From Candidatus Bathyarchaeota archaeon (GTDB taxonomy: Archaea; Thermoproteota; Bathyarchaeia; Bathyarchaeales; Bathycorpusculaceae): 64,000 bases of DNA. Of the stretch, positions 50,273 to 60,605 are shown one piece after another (positions within the stretch are counted from its first letter, which is position 1; every line of letters begins with the position of its first letter). Where the stretch lies: positions 288,001 to 352,000 of the forward strand of contig CAVTBV010000013.1 in assembly GCA_963733095.1 (NCBI GenBank), given 5' to 3'. The notes under the pieces were generated by a model. That model was not told the origin of the DNA and made no database searches. It saw nothing but the letters and a program-made list of their open reading frames with translations. A program made the translations under genes and the position numbers.

Positions 50273-51622
50273 TTAGATGTCTACTCTTGCAGTTAACATT
50301 TCAAGGAAAGCTTCCACGCGGGTTTTCATCTGTCCTACGTCTTCCCTTGTATATTCGGTGTCAAGGTAGTATACTGGGATGTTTATTTTGTCTAGCGCTT
50401 TTTTAACGCGGGAGTATTCCATCGCGTATAGCATGCAGCCGCGAACCACGTAGTAGATGACACCTTGAACATTCCAGTCTTTGACTTTATTTAGGAGCCA
50501 GTTGATGCGGTCTTGATTGCCGTCTTTGCTGGTAAAACAAGGGCAAGTAGAAGCCATTAGATATCGCTCGCCAATCGCGTTTAGCATATCATCCATCGAC
50601 CATTCGTCGACGCCGACTGGGTCGTTGAGAATTCTCTCGCCCGAGCATAATTCGTCGGCAACGATAATTCCCAATGGATTACTTTCTTCAACTAGCGTGG
50701 GCAGTTTCCAGTTGTCAGGCCAGAACATCGGCGTGCCAGTTATCATAACTCTTGGAGTGTCCGGAGGACAAACCCACTCTTTCCGCTGCAACCTCTTCTC
50801 AAGCTCATCGCATAACGCCTCAGTTTTCTCTGTCCACCGCTTTTTGTCATCCCAAAGGAACGTTTGGTTAACAAGCATGGCGTCTCTGCCCATGATTACG
50901 GGTGGACCCTTTCGTAGTTCCTGTAGACGTCGGAACGCTTTGGTGGCTCTGTGGCTTGTTTCAATGGCTTCTTTTAGGTTTTTGCGTGTAATCTTGTTGC
51001 CTGTGAACTTCTCAATCTGGGACTTCATCTGTTTTATCTCATCGTTCCAGAAACGCAACGATTGTTTGGAATCCTTTATTCTGGGTACGTTCATGCCCCA
51101 AATGGTTTTGTAGTCGCTGAGGATTTCGCTAAGTTTAGTCATGCCATCGCAGGTTAATACGCTTATGAGAGCGTCGCTTTGTTCGAGGAAGGGTGAGAGT
51201 TCAATCATTTTAGCGCCAATGGTTGAACGGAGAACTGGACAGACTTCAACTGGAACAACTCTATCGCCGAGCTTTGATGTGTCATACCAACCTGAATTCA
51301 CACGGACAGGAATTGCATCGGCGGCTAAAATTAGTTCCGTAGGGGCAAATAGACACATGTAACCGATTACTTTTTTGCCCTTTTCTTTTTCTGCCTGAAT
51401 TTCTTCTTGGCGTTTGCCGAATAGGTTTGACATTTCGTCGAAGTACTTCATTGCTTCGGGTCTTTTAGGGTCAGCTTTTTTCATACGTTCGATGTTGTCA
51501 GCTATTACTTTTAGGGAAGCCGTTTTCATAGTGTTTTTGAGTTCATCCATTTCTTTTCGGGATACTTCAGGCATGTACCTTTTTCCAACGGTTTCGTTTG
51601 TCATTCTATTTTCCTCATTCAC
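50273..51622 (-). CDS. double-cubane-cluster-type reductase (2-hydroxyacyl-CoA dehydratase fold)
   Basis: Cys set YMCLF, EVCP, TCDG, ELCSG, TCPCF, RGC; C-terminal GQMKTRVEAFLEM. Confidence 0.8.
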   Translation of the reverse strand: MNEENRMTNETVGKRYMPEVSRKEMDELKNTMKTASLKVIADNIERMKKADPKRPEAMKYFDEMSNLFGKRQEEIQAEKEKGKKVIGYMCLFAPTELILAADAIPVRVNSGWYDTSKLGDRVVPVEVCPVLRSTIGAKMIELSPFLEQSDALISVLTCDGMTKLSEILSDYKTIWGMNVPRIKDSKQSLRFWNDEIKQMKSQIEKFTGNKITRKNLKEAIETSHRATKAFRRLQELRKGPPVIMGRDAMLVNQTFLWDDKKRWTEKTEALCDELEKRLQRKEWVCPPDTPRVMITGTPMFWPDNWKLPTLVEESNPLGIIVADELCSGERILNDPVGVDEWSMDDMLNAIGERYLMASTCPCFTSKDGNQDRINWLLNKVKDWNVQGVIYYVVRGCMLYAMEYSRVKKALDKINIPVYYLDTEYTREDVGQMKTRVEAFLEMLTARVDI

Positions 51623-52598
51623 TCTTTGATTCTTCCAACCAATTTCTTGACTTGAACATTGTCTTGTTACCTAACTTTACTTTTAGTGTTCCTTCGTATG
51701 GGCACATTTCTACGCATCGTGCACATACCATGCATTGGGAGGTTTGTATTTTTCCGCCTTTCTGCTCGTACACTTCGTTAACTTGTACCGGGCAAACTCG
51801 TTTGCAGACGCCGCATTTTGTGCATTTTTCTTCTTCTTTGTTAATGTGAAGCAGTGGAGCCCACTTAAAACCCTTGAACCTGTTTAGAACTCCAAAGGAA
51901 GCTCCTGTTGGACAGAAACGGCACCAAACGCGGCGGACAAGGAAGGAGCCAACGAGGGTTAATCCGACGAATATGATGCTTATTATTTGACCGGGGTTTG
52001 TTCCTGCCCAGGTTATGATATCTTGTACATATGGGTAGCTGAAGTTAATTCCGTTTACAATAAGGGGTGCAGTTGTCCAGGATACGATTAACGGTATCAT
52101 GGGTGCTAATAGTATGCTGTATGGGCGGAATGGACCTGCCAAGAGTTGTGCTTCCAAAACGGCGAAATCGATGTTTGGCGGCGGCTCCAAAATCCACAAT
52201 GCTATTGGCAAGAAGAGGAAGAACAATAGTATTATGTAGCGTGATTTGTGGAGGGCTTTATTGAGTCGTTCAGGGATTATTCGGTGGCGTATTTTGAGGG
52301 CTTTTCTTAGCAAGCTTTCTAAATCCATGATGAAGGCGAATGGACATAGCCAGCCGCAGAAGAATCTGCCTATGAAAAGTGACATGACGAATAGGGTGAT
52401 TAACACGTATAGGAGTGGGATTGTGTAGGAGAATATGTAGAATATGCTGGCGAAGGCGACTGCTTGGATGACAAACCTGACAAAGGTGACGCGTGTGGCT
52501 AGATTCTTTTTCCAAATCAGAATAGCAATTATCCCTGCTATTCCAAGGCCAGCTAGCACAGTCAGCCTCAATGCATCTCCCAAGATTTGTAAACTCAT
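51615..52598 (-). CDS. NapH/MauN/RdxA-like polytopic 4Fe-4S membrane protein
   Basis: GRFFCGWLCP, VWCRFCP, CTKCGVCKRVCP, CMVCARCVEMCP; 5-6 TMs. Confidence 0.9.
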   Translation of the reverse strand: MSLQILGDALRLTVLAGLGIAGIIAILIWKKNLATRVTFVRFVIQAVAFASIFYIFSYTIPLLYVLITLFVMSLFIGRFFCGWLCPFAFIMDLESLLRKALKIRHRIIPERLNKALHKSRYIILLFFLFLPIALWILEPPPNIDFAVLEAQLLAGPFRPYSILLAPMIPLIVSWTTAPLIVNGINFSYPYVQDIITWAGTNPGQIISIIFVGLTLVGSFLVRRVWCRFCPTGASFGVLNRFKGFKWAPLLHINKEEEKCTKCGVCKRVCPVQVNEVYEQKGGKIQTSQCMVCARCVEMCPYEGTLKVKLGNKTMFKSRNWLEESKSE

Positions 52599-52610
52599 AT
52601 TTTCTCCCCA

Positions 52611-53312
52611 TTACTGCAATTGAATTGCTGAACTTACTATTGTAATTATTCCAAGTGCTACCAACACAGTGGCGCCTGCTATTGAAATCCACATCCGAAA
52701 CAACGGCGCCTTGTTTAACAGCCAACCCGTAACCCCTCCCAACAAAAGAATGGGTGAAATGGCTGTTCCTAACCCGAACAAGACTGCGATTCCGACGCTG
52801 CCAAGCGGATTAGCGAAAGGCAACGAATAAATCAGAAGCGCAATCAATGGCGGGCAAACGATTAGTCCTCTGCTTAAACCCAAAGAAAAGGCGCCTACGT
52901 CAAACCCAAACCGCCCTATTTTCGGGGCTGCAATAATGCTTTTGGTGTCTTGTCCACTGCAGTCGCAGGGTTTTCGAGCTTTAAGAAAGATGCTTACCCC
53001 AATAACTATCGTTACTATCCCGAAGGCAAACGACGAATAAACTTGGAAGGGTGAAATCGCCGTGTCTGAAACAAATAACCTGAACAACCCGCTAAACAAC
53101 CCTATCAACCCGCCTATCAAAGCGTAAGCGAGAACTCTTCCGGAATTAAAAATCAACGTTATCTTGACGCCTTTGCCGAACCCGGCGCCCACGCCTGCGA
53201 TGTAACCGGTCACTATCGGAAGGCACGACGCGGTACAAACAACCAATCCGTACAGCAAGCCGCCTGAAAACGCTCCAAGATACGGATTAGATATGTCAGG
53301 TATCAACGACAT
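52611..53312 (-). CDS. DsbD/CcdA-like (DsbD_2, TauE-annotated) membrane protein
   Basis: GLVVCTASCLP, FNSGRVLAYALIG, PCDC, GLIVCPP, FGLGT; ~6 TMs. Confidence 0.82.
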   Translation of the reverse strand: MSLIPDISNPYLGAFSGGLLYGLVVCTASCLPIVTGYIAGVGAGFGKGVKITLIFNSGRVLAYALIGGLIGLFSGLFRLFVSDTAISPFQVYSSFAFGIVTIVIGVSIFLKARKPCDCSGQDTKSIIAAPKIGRFGFDVGAFSLGLSRGLIVCPPLIALLIYSLPFANPLGSVGIAVLFGLGTAISPILLLGGVTGWLLNKAPLFRMWISIAGATVLVALGIITIVSSAIQLQ

Positions 53313-53432
53313 GCTATGGTCTCGTTGGAAGTTTATTGTAGCAAATAACAGGGGAAAGAATTTAAATCTTACATAAATTTGGGCTAACGCTCAAGTTTGG
53401 CTACGTTAGCTGTTCCTAAAAAAGGAAGATGG

Positions 53433-55661
53433 TTATGGCGCTGGTATTACGCGCGTATTGTATTCTTGGATGTATGCTAAGTGTGCTGCGTCGTAGTGGT
53501 AGGTTTCATTTGCTGGGTAGGGGAATCCGGTCATAGCCATGAAAGGCATCGGGTTTACGGTAAAGTTAAATCCGTAACCCCAGGCTCCTGGCGGGTCCTT
53601 AAACCAGCAGGCTACAACAAAGAAGTAGTCGCGTACCATTCCTGGTGCTGGGTCAGTGAGGTTGGTGGTTGAAAATTGCATGTCGACTTGGTCGCCTTGT
53701 CTTCCAATCACGAACATGTCATCAGCGCTTTGCACGAGCGGGGTTACGTCGCCGTATCGTGTGAAAGCTCCGGAAGCGTTAGAGGAAGTATCCCACATTT
53801 GACTAAGAGTTGCTGAGGTCGGCGTAAGTGTTGTTATGGTAGTGGGTTGATCTATAGACGTGTCAATTCCGATGTAGTCATAAGTTACGTTCCAGAAGTT
53901 GGTGAACCTGACTTGATAATCGCGCACATCTGCTGGGAACAGTCCTGTTAAGTCAACCGTAAAGGTTCGGGCATTGTAGTCTGAGGGCAAAGGTATTTGT
54001 CTATTCTGAGGCGCTGGAATCCAGTTGCCGTTTGCATCTTTGATTTCCATAGTGGGTGCAGGCATTATCTGATTTGTGCCGTTTGGGATAAGTCCTTGTG
54101 CCGCTGCATCTTGGAATTGGCTTATCCAAGCATAATACGCGTCTGCAGCGCCCCAGTCAACCATCCCAGTGATTACAAGTTTTATCTCTGGAGCAACTGA
54201 CAGGTTGCCTAAGTCTAAAGTTAGTTGATTTTGAGTTATGTTATTCCATGTGCTATCGTCACCGTTGATGCCAGGTGTAAAAACTCCGTCTTTCTGCATG
54301 ATTTGAGGTAGAACGTTTTGACCTTGCTCGTTTGTGGCACTAACAGGTGACAGGAGGTTGCTGCTGTTTACTGTGTAGATTTGGCCTGTTGATCCTTTGT
54401 TGAGGTAGTTGGTCATGGATGTGTAGGCGTCGGTTCCGTTTTGGTGGTCAACAACCATCAAGTAGGCTGAATCCAAATAGAAGAGTTCGTCCCATTGCTG
54501 GGCAAGAGTCATGTCAAAGTAGCCGTTGTTAGATGCCACCAAGTTCCCGTCGAGTTTCACGTAGTCCCAAGGGTTTCCTCCACTGTTCACGATGTTGCCG
54601 TTCGAATCCATGGAGCCGACGTATCCAAGCCAACCGGGGTTTGAAACGTCAGTTACATAAGAGTATCCGGTGCCGTTCCAAACATACAGGGAAGGACACG
54701 ACGCGTACCCGCTGATTAACGTATAAGTAACTACCAGAATTAGGCGGCTTTCCAAATCGATGGTTCTCGACGGGTTTGTGTTTCCGTCGTTCCAATATGA
54801 AAATTCCAGCACTCCTGTTCCAACATTGAATGGGTTAGGCATCGATATGCTGTATTGTCCGACGGGCAGCAATTTTTGGTAGACTGTCTGGACATTTTCG
54901 CCATTTATGGTGAAGGTTAAGGCTTTGGAGCCGCCGCCTGACCGGTTGATGATGAGTGTGTGGTAGCCTGTCTGGACTACAACAAATGAACCCGTAAGTG
55001 TGTTGAGTTTAGCTGAATGTTTTCCTTCTGTTACATCGGATGCATTAACCGTGATTTGTACAGTTTGTTTTGCTCCCGCATCTAACGAGATAACTTGGGT
55101 GCCCACGATTACATCATCGATCATTGCTTTCACCGTTAACTTGTCAGGTTGATCTGATGGGTTCACTGCGTTAGCGGTAAAGGTTATGTTGTCGTAAGCC
55201 CAAATTTCGTAGGGGTCACTGATAAAGTTTGACAAAATAATTTTGCTTGATTCTGGCGGAGCGGGATTAAGGGTGAATGATCCAGTTAAATCGCCGATTT
55301 TAACGGTGTAAGTCCCTTCCACAAGTTCAATGTCGGTAAACTCTACGAGTTGTGATGAATTGCCTGCCAGCGTCACGTTCATCGTGTCTTTTACGGCATC
55401 GTTGATTTCAAGGTTTATTGTTTGGTTGCCTTCTAAGTCGCCTATATTTGTTAAGTTGACTGAAATTTGAATTGCTTCGCCCACGTAGGCTTCAGGCGGG
55501 GTTATAGAAAGATCTGTGAGGGTAAACTTTGCGGGCTTAGATCCGGTTGCAAGAGCCCCTTGGTCTTGAAGATAAAAATAGACCCCTGCGGCTGCACCGA
55601 TAATGAGCACATCAATTATTAGAATTGCTTTAAGTTTAACTAAGGCTGAGCGAGACAACAT
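53433..55661 (-). CDS. membrane-anchored extracellular protein with two CARDB/Ig domains and a large uncharacterised SCP-motif domain
   Basis: N-terminal TM; VNLTNIGDLEG CARDB; SCPSLYVWNG..YVTD, ELFYLD..LMVVDH, FTRYGDV, WFKD, PMPFMAM..FPY, EYNTR. Confidence 0.85.
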   Translation of the reverse strand: MLSRSALVKLKAILIIDVLIIGAAAGVYFYLQDQGALATGSKPAKFTLTDLSITPPEAYVGEAIQISVNLTNIGDLEGNQTINLEINDAVKDTMNVTLAGNSSQLVEFTDIELVEGTYTVKIGDLTGSFTLNPAPPESSKIILSNFISDPYEIWAYDNITFTANAVNPSDQPDKLTVKAMIDDVIVGTQVISLDAGAKQTVQITVNASDVTEGKHSAKLNTLTGSFVVVQTGYHTLIINRSGGGSKALTFTINGENVQTVYQKLLPVGQYSISMPNPFNVGTGVLEFSYWNDGNTNPSRTIDLESRLILVVTYTLISGYASCPSLYVWNGTGYSYVTDVSNPGWLGYVGSMDSNGNIVNSGGNPWDYVKLDGNLVASNNGYFDMTLAQQWDELFYLDSAYLMVVDHQNGTDAYTSMTNYLNKGSTGQIYTVNSSNLLSPVSATNEQGQNVLPQIMQKDGVFTPGINGDDSTWNNITQNQLTLDLGNLSVAPEIKLVITGMVDWGAADAYYAWISQFQDAAAQGLIPNGTNQIMPAPTMEIKDANGNWIPAPQNRQIPLPSDYNARTFTVDLTGLFPADVRDYQVRFTNFWNVTYDYIGIDTSIDQPTTITTLTPTSATLSQMWDTSSNASGAFTRYGDVTPLVQSADDMFVIGRQGDQVDMQFSTTNLTDPAPGMVRDYFFVVACWFKDPPGAWGYGFNFTVNPMPFMAMTGFPYPANETYHYDAAHLAYIQEYNTRVIPAP

Positions 55662-55869
55662 TAAACTCTACACCCTAAATTTTCCTACCATAATAAACAA
55701 GGATGAAGATTAAAGCTTTGCGCGGAAAAGCTTTCAGAGAAAAAACTGTTAACTCAAACAGTTTTCGGTGTTTGCGGCTTGGAAAAGCGGTGATTAACTG
55801 TATCTGCAAAGAATTAGGCGTTTACTTGTTGCTGTATTGGCACAATCACAAAGTTAAATATAACAATTT

Positions 55870-56661
55870 TTGGTTACTTTGAAACAAGCAAGCATGCTAT
55901 ATTTTGGAGAAATAAAAATGAAATCAAAAAAAATATTTGCTTTGACTCTGCTAACTTCACTATTAGTTTTCGCAGCGCTAAGTGCAATGAGCGTTCAAGC
56001 ACAATCTACTGCCACAGTCACAGTTTTGCAATCCATAGGCGGAACAACTGATCCCTCTGGAACTACTACCCCTGCTGACGGCACACAAGTAACATTCAAA
56101 GCGACCCCAGACGATGTCGATGTTTTCCAATACTGGGTAATAACAACTGACGCAGGATCCAGCGTAAATACCGAAAACCCCTTTACAATTCCAGTTGTTG
56201 GAGGAACCACTTACACTGTGCAAGCAGTCTTCCAACCATTGTTACCACCCCCAGGAGTTACAATTCTTCCAACTAACATGGCGACAGCAGCAATAGTCGT
56301 GGTCTTAGCTGGCGCAGGAGGAACAACAACCCCCACCCCAGGCACTTACGCTTTAGCCGATGCAACAGCACTTGATCTAACAGCCACCCCAGACAGCGGA
56401 TGGACATTCTCACACTGGGTTATTTACGGACCAAACCTAAGCCATGGTGGTTACCCCTTCACCGCAACCCCAACAGATAACCCCTACAACGTTAACCACG
56501 GCTATGGAAACACATTCAGCTACCAACCAGTATTTACTCCCGAAGGCACAACTGAACCAACCCCAACAGTGCCCGAATTTTCTGCTTTAGCTACGATTGC
56601 CATAGCTTTGGTTCTCGTAGCGATTGCATTCGGAACAATTGCGTATAGACGCAAAAAATAA
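55870..56661 (+). CDS. secreted two-repeat surface protein with PEF-CTERM-like tail (likely start ATG 55918)
   Basis: Signal peptide; two GGTT.P...ATPD...F..W repeats; VPEFS followed by TM and RRKK. Confidence 0.82.
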   Translation: MVTLKQASMLYFGEIKMKSKKIFALTLLTSLLVFAALSAMSVQAQSTATVTVLQSIGGTTDPSGTTTPADGTQVTFKATPDDVDVFQYWVITTDAGSSVNTENPFTIPVVGGTTYTVQAVFQPLLPPPGVTILPTNMATAAIVVVLAGAGGTTTPTPGTYALADATALDLTATPDSGWTFSHWVIYGPNLSHGGYPFTATPTDNPYNVNHGYGNTFSYQPVFTPEGTTEPTPTVPEFSALATIAIALVLVAIAFGTIAYRRKK

Positions 56662-56860
56662 AATAATCCCTTTTTATTTTTTTATTTTAGCTATACTTAT
56701 TTTTTTTAGCTATATTTTACTTAATCTCCCTCTTGGGTACCTTCTATAAGCAAATTTTTTGCATTAATTTTTGGGCAGTTCGAAATCTGCTTTTTGACGT
56801 TATCAGCTGCAAAAAATGCATTAGACACCGTGTTTTTAGGGTCAAATTTTGCTTTTGATT

Positions 56861-58231
56861 TTAGGGGCATTCAGGCTCCATATGAACCGTAACCACAGCG
56901 TTGGCAAAGCGCTCTTTAATTTCCTTCTCAATCTGTGAGGCTATCCTATGCGCATCCTTCACCTGAACCTTTTTGGTGAAGCAACAGTCAATGTTGATGT
57001 AACGTTTGTCACCTCCGGTGTAAGTTATAACTCTCTTAATTCGCAGATCACTTGCAATGTTTTTTGCAACATCGTTTACGACTTTTCTTAGTTGCGCCTC
57101 ACTTACCTCTTGAGCGGGAATAGCCACTCCTGCAGGTTCAACATGCACAGTGACGTTTTCAAGTGACTTAATCTCAGCATGCATTCTGTCTTCTATGTTT
57201 TCAGCGATTTTATGAGACTCTTCCACCGATAACTCAGGGTTAACATATGCATGTAGCGTAATGTACAGTTTGCCCCCGACGTAGATTGTTGAGATTTCAT
57301 GTACTTCTTTTACGCCGTCCACTGTTGCCAACTTTTCCACTAACTGGTCCATTTTTCTCTCTTTATCTGAGGGTTCAATGTGAATGGTTGCGTCCACGTT
57401 AACAAAGTAGCCTTTTAAGCAGGTTTCAATCTTTGAGGCTAACGAGTGCGCCTCTTCTAAACTCATGAGACTTGGAACTTGAACCGAGGCTTCAACAAAT
57501 ATCTTCGAACTTACCTTGCGCACTTTCAGGTTTTCGGTTTTTACCACGCCTTCACATGAGAGAATAGCTTTTCTTGTCTTTTCTACAAGGTCCTTTGACG
57601 CAGAGTCGCTTAGCTCCATCACACTGAACTTTACAAGTTTAAAGCTCAAGTAGGTAAGCATGGCTCCAAGGAAGATTGATGCAAAAGCGTCTGCTCCTGT
57701 AAAGCCAGCTAAAGCCAAGCCAAAACCTATGAGGGCAATTACAGTTGAACCTAAATCTGAAACAGCATCATAAAAACCTGCTTTCATAGATGCGCTTTGA
57801 ACATGCTGGAAACTCTTGAAAACGGTAACTCGTAACGAAGCAATGAAAATTGCATAGCCTATTGCTACGAAACCTGAGAATTCTATACCTCCATTAAGCT
57901 GTGGGGGACTTGCAAGGCGCATCACAGCTTCATAGAAAATTAAGAGTGCAACAGCAATCAACACAATACCCCCAATCAATCCGCCTATAGTCTCAAACTT
58001 TTCATGACCGTAAGTGTGCTCTTCGTCGGCGGGCTTCATTGCAGCTCGAACCGCAAAGAACAACATAACACTCGATAATGCATCTAGCAGGGCATGTAAG
58101 CCGTCACTCATTATCGCTAAGCTGTTAACCAAAAAACCTACCGTAACCTCGACTAATACAACACTAAAGATTGCAACAGCTGAAATCTTAAGTGCCTTAA
58201 GCTTGTTTTTTCCATCGAGTTGAACTTGCAT
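56861..58231 (-). CDS. cation diffusion facilitator with three C-terminal dimerisation/metal-binding domains
   Basis: SLAIMSDGLHALLD, KPADEEHTYGHEKFE; three IHIEP/VHVEP/VHMEP domain ends. Confidence 0.92.
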   Translation of the reverse strand: MQVQLDGKNKLKALKISAVAIFSVVLVEVTVGFLVNSLAIMSDGLHALLDALSSVMLFFAVRAAMKPADEEHTYGHEKFETIGGLIGGIVLIAVALLIFYEAVMRLASPPQLNGGIEFSGFVAIGYAIFIASLRVTVFKSFQHVQSASMKAGFYDAVSDLGSTVIALIGFGLALAGFTGADAFASIFLGAMLTYLSFKLVKFSVMELSDSASKDLVEKTRKAILSCEGVVKTENLKVRKVSSKIFVEASVQVPSLMSLEEAHSLASKIETCLKGYFVNVDATIHIEPSDKERKMDQLVEKLATVDGVKEVHEISTIYVGGKLYITLHAYVNPELSVEESHKIAENIEDRMHAEIKSLENVTVHVEPAGVAIPAQEVSEAQLRKVVNDVAKNIASDLRIKRVITYTGGDKRYINIDCCFTKKVQVKDAHRIASQIEKEIKERFANAVVTVHMEPECP

Positions 58232-58959
58232 TTTGCTATTCTAATTATTGCTCTCTGCAAGGGCGATTTAAGAATTGTGGGCTTAAATGCGCCAATTGAC
58301 TTTAAAAGAAGAATTTTTTAAAATTTTGCTCTTAATTTAAATAAATTGTATGTTTCGGGTGACAATCACCCACGCAATCCCTTTTTCTTTTTTTGGAGGC
58401 TTCTTAGTTGTCTAGTGAGGCGGAGTTTACGGTTTAAGGTTTTAAGCGGCGTAAACGTGAACACCGCGCCGACAAAGGAAAAAAACACAACTATCCAGAG
58501 CAAAGAGCAGCGCCTTACACCTACTGCAAGCGGCGATTAGGGAAGCGGAACGATAAGAAACAAATTCCTATTTACTATTTTATTTAGCGTGTTACTCTGC
58601 GGAAAGGGTTTGGTGAGGCTCTGGCTCATTCTTCAGGAAGAAGGGAGAAGAAACAATAGACGCAAATCTCACTCACAGACCCAATCAGTATTGTGAGTTT
58701 GAACCAGAGCCTCAAATATTCTACCTGTTCTTTTTTCTTAAACATTTGTGGTTGCATTCTAACAGCAACAAACTATCTAGCGCGCGGCTAAGTTTTGCTT
58801 AGGGATATGGGAATTTAGGTTTAAACCCTAATCTTGGGGAATAGGTATCAGGTTAACTCAATGATGGATGATACACCGCAACAAAAAGACAGTCAAGCCC
58901 AAAACCCAACGGCGACTTTATCTTTAGTCAAAAGTGTATTTCTGTAACCTCAGCCTTTA

Positions 58960-59270
58960 GAACGACACGCAAAAACTTTGCCACCAAAATGCAGAACCCA
59001 AGACTTCTAAAAATCCATTTCCTCACTCTAAGACATTGGCTAGCAAGACGGGAATATGAAATAACAGGTAACATTTACGCTGTCAAATACCTACTAGGTC
59101 ACAAATCTATAACCAATACTGACTTCTACCAACATAGCTGCTACGTTTGTGACGACTACATAGTTAAAAGACCTAAGACCACCGAAGAAGATTCACTGAT
59201 TATCTCAGGTTTTGAATTTGTGCGGTTTGACGAAAGAGAGCAAGTGCCAATCTACAGGAAAAGGAAGTAG
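58960..59270 (+). pseudogene. C-terminal remnant of a tyrosine integrase
   Basis: QNPRLLKIHFLTLRHW (HxxR degenerate), LLGHKSITNTDFY, GFEFV...IYRKRK; N-terminal part missing. Confidence 0.8.
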
Positions 59271-59344
59271 CCATGACCCAAAAACATACGAGAATAATTA
59301 AAATTAGTCAGAATTTAAATAATTCTTAACTGATTTTATGCACA

Positions 59345-60589
59345 ATGAAGTTGTCAGCGCTTTTCCGTGGAGACTCGGCAGTTCTAAGAGGCAACTTTCT
59401 ACTTATCACCGTAAGCTGGATAATTCTGTTTTCCGCACAACCAATTCCAGATACATACGCAAGCCTTTTTTACCTGCATTTAGGCGCTGACACGTTTATG
59501 CTATCAATCATTGGCTTTGCAGGCTCGATAGCTGTTGCACTTGTCCAGTTTCCCGGCGGCTACTTAGCAGATAAACATGGCAGAAGAGGGCTAATAGTTA
59601 CAATGACTTTTGGGTTAGCCATCGGCAGCTTATTCTTCATTTTTGCGCCCTCATGGCAATTCATCCTAATAGGGCTGCTTATACAGAACGTTTGTTCCAT
59701 TTATGGTCCAGCCTTGATGTCTATGGTTATTGATTCGTTGCCACCGCAAAATCGAGGCGCAGGTTTTAGTTTTCAATCCGTAGTGACAACGCTTGTTTTG
59801 TTGCCTGCTCCCCTTATCGCACAGTATTTGGTTGCTACTTTCCATTTCGATTTAGGCATGCGCATAGCCTACACCATAGTAGCTGCCGCATATTTTACAA
59901 TAGCCATCCTAAGACTAAGGTTAAAAGAAACATTACCCCCGACCGAAAAAAGTGAAAAACCCAGTTTCATCAACGCCTTACGTTTCTATTCTAAATCGGT
60001 AAAAGAAGGCATCTACGTTTGGCGGAAAGTTCCCAAATCAGCTTTCAATCTTTTCTTAGCCATCATAATCATAAACGGGTTGGTGGTTAGTTGCCAAACC
60101 TACTTTGTTGTTTATGCTACTTCAATTCTGAAAATTTCTTTGGAACAATGGGCAATCGTTGTCGCGTTTAGATACTTCAGCATTGCAATTCCCGGCATAC
60201 TTGCGGGGTTAAGCATGGATGTGATGGGCAGAAAACGCTTTCTTATACTGGGTTATTTACTGTACGTTCCTGGCATGCTTCTATTTATCAACGCTAATTT
60301 TAACATGTTGTTGATGTCCTCTTTCTTCTTCGGTTTGGGAAATTTGCTGCAACTGAACAGTTACACAGTTTTAATGGGTGATTTGGTTCCCAGAGGCCTA
60401 AGAGGAACAGTCACGGGTTGCCTGCAGTTTTTCATGTTTCTAATGCAAGCAATTCTGCAGATTTTTGTGGGTTTGCTCTACGCTTTTGTTTTTCCTCAAC
60501 TTCCCTTCCTTCTTTTGGCTGTAACAGCAATCCCTCTCTCAATGTTTATTTTCTGGAAAGTTTACGAGCCCAGCATAAAAGAAGAATGA
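59345..60589 (+). CDS. MFS transporter
   Basis: GGYLADKHGRR and MDVMGRK motif A; about 12 TMs. Confidence 0.93.
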   Translation: MKLSALFRGDSAVLRGNFLLITVSWIILFSAQPIPDTYASLFYLHLGADTFMLSIIGFAGSIAVALVQFPGGYLADKHGRRGLIVTMTFGLAIGSLFFIFAPSWQFILIGLLIQNVCSIYGPALMSMVIDSLPPQNRGAGFSFQSVVTTLVLLPAPLIAQYLVATFHFDLGMRIAYTIVAAAYFTIAILRLRLKETLPPTEKSEKPSFINALRFYSKSVKEGIYVWRKVPKSAFNLFLAIIIINGLVVSCQTYFVVYATSILKISLEQWAIVVAFRYFSIAIPGILAGLSMDVMGRKRFLILGYLLYVPGMLLFINANFNMLLMSSFFFGLGNLLQLNSYTVLMGDLVPRGLRGTVTGCLQFFMFLMQAILQIFVGLLYAFVFPQLPFLLLAVTAIPLSMFIFWKVYEPSIKEE

Positions 60590-60605
60590 TGTGGAGTTAA
60601 TTTAC

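Noticed and set aside
48284-51622. Complete benzoyl-CoA reductase / aromatic degradation locus
   Set aside because: Only one catalytic-fold subunit is present, with a double-cubane-like Cys pattern, and there are no adjacent CoA ligase or ring-cleavage genes
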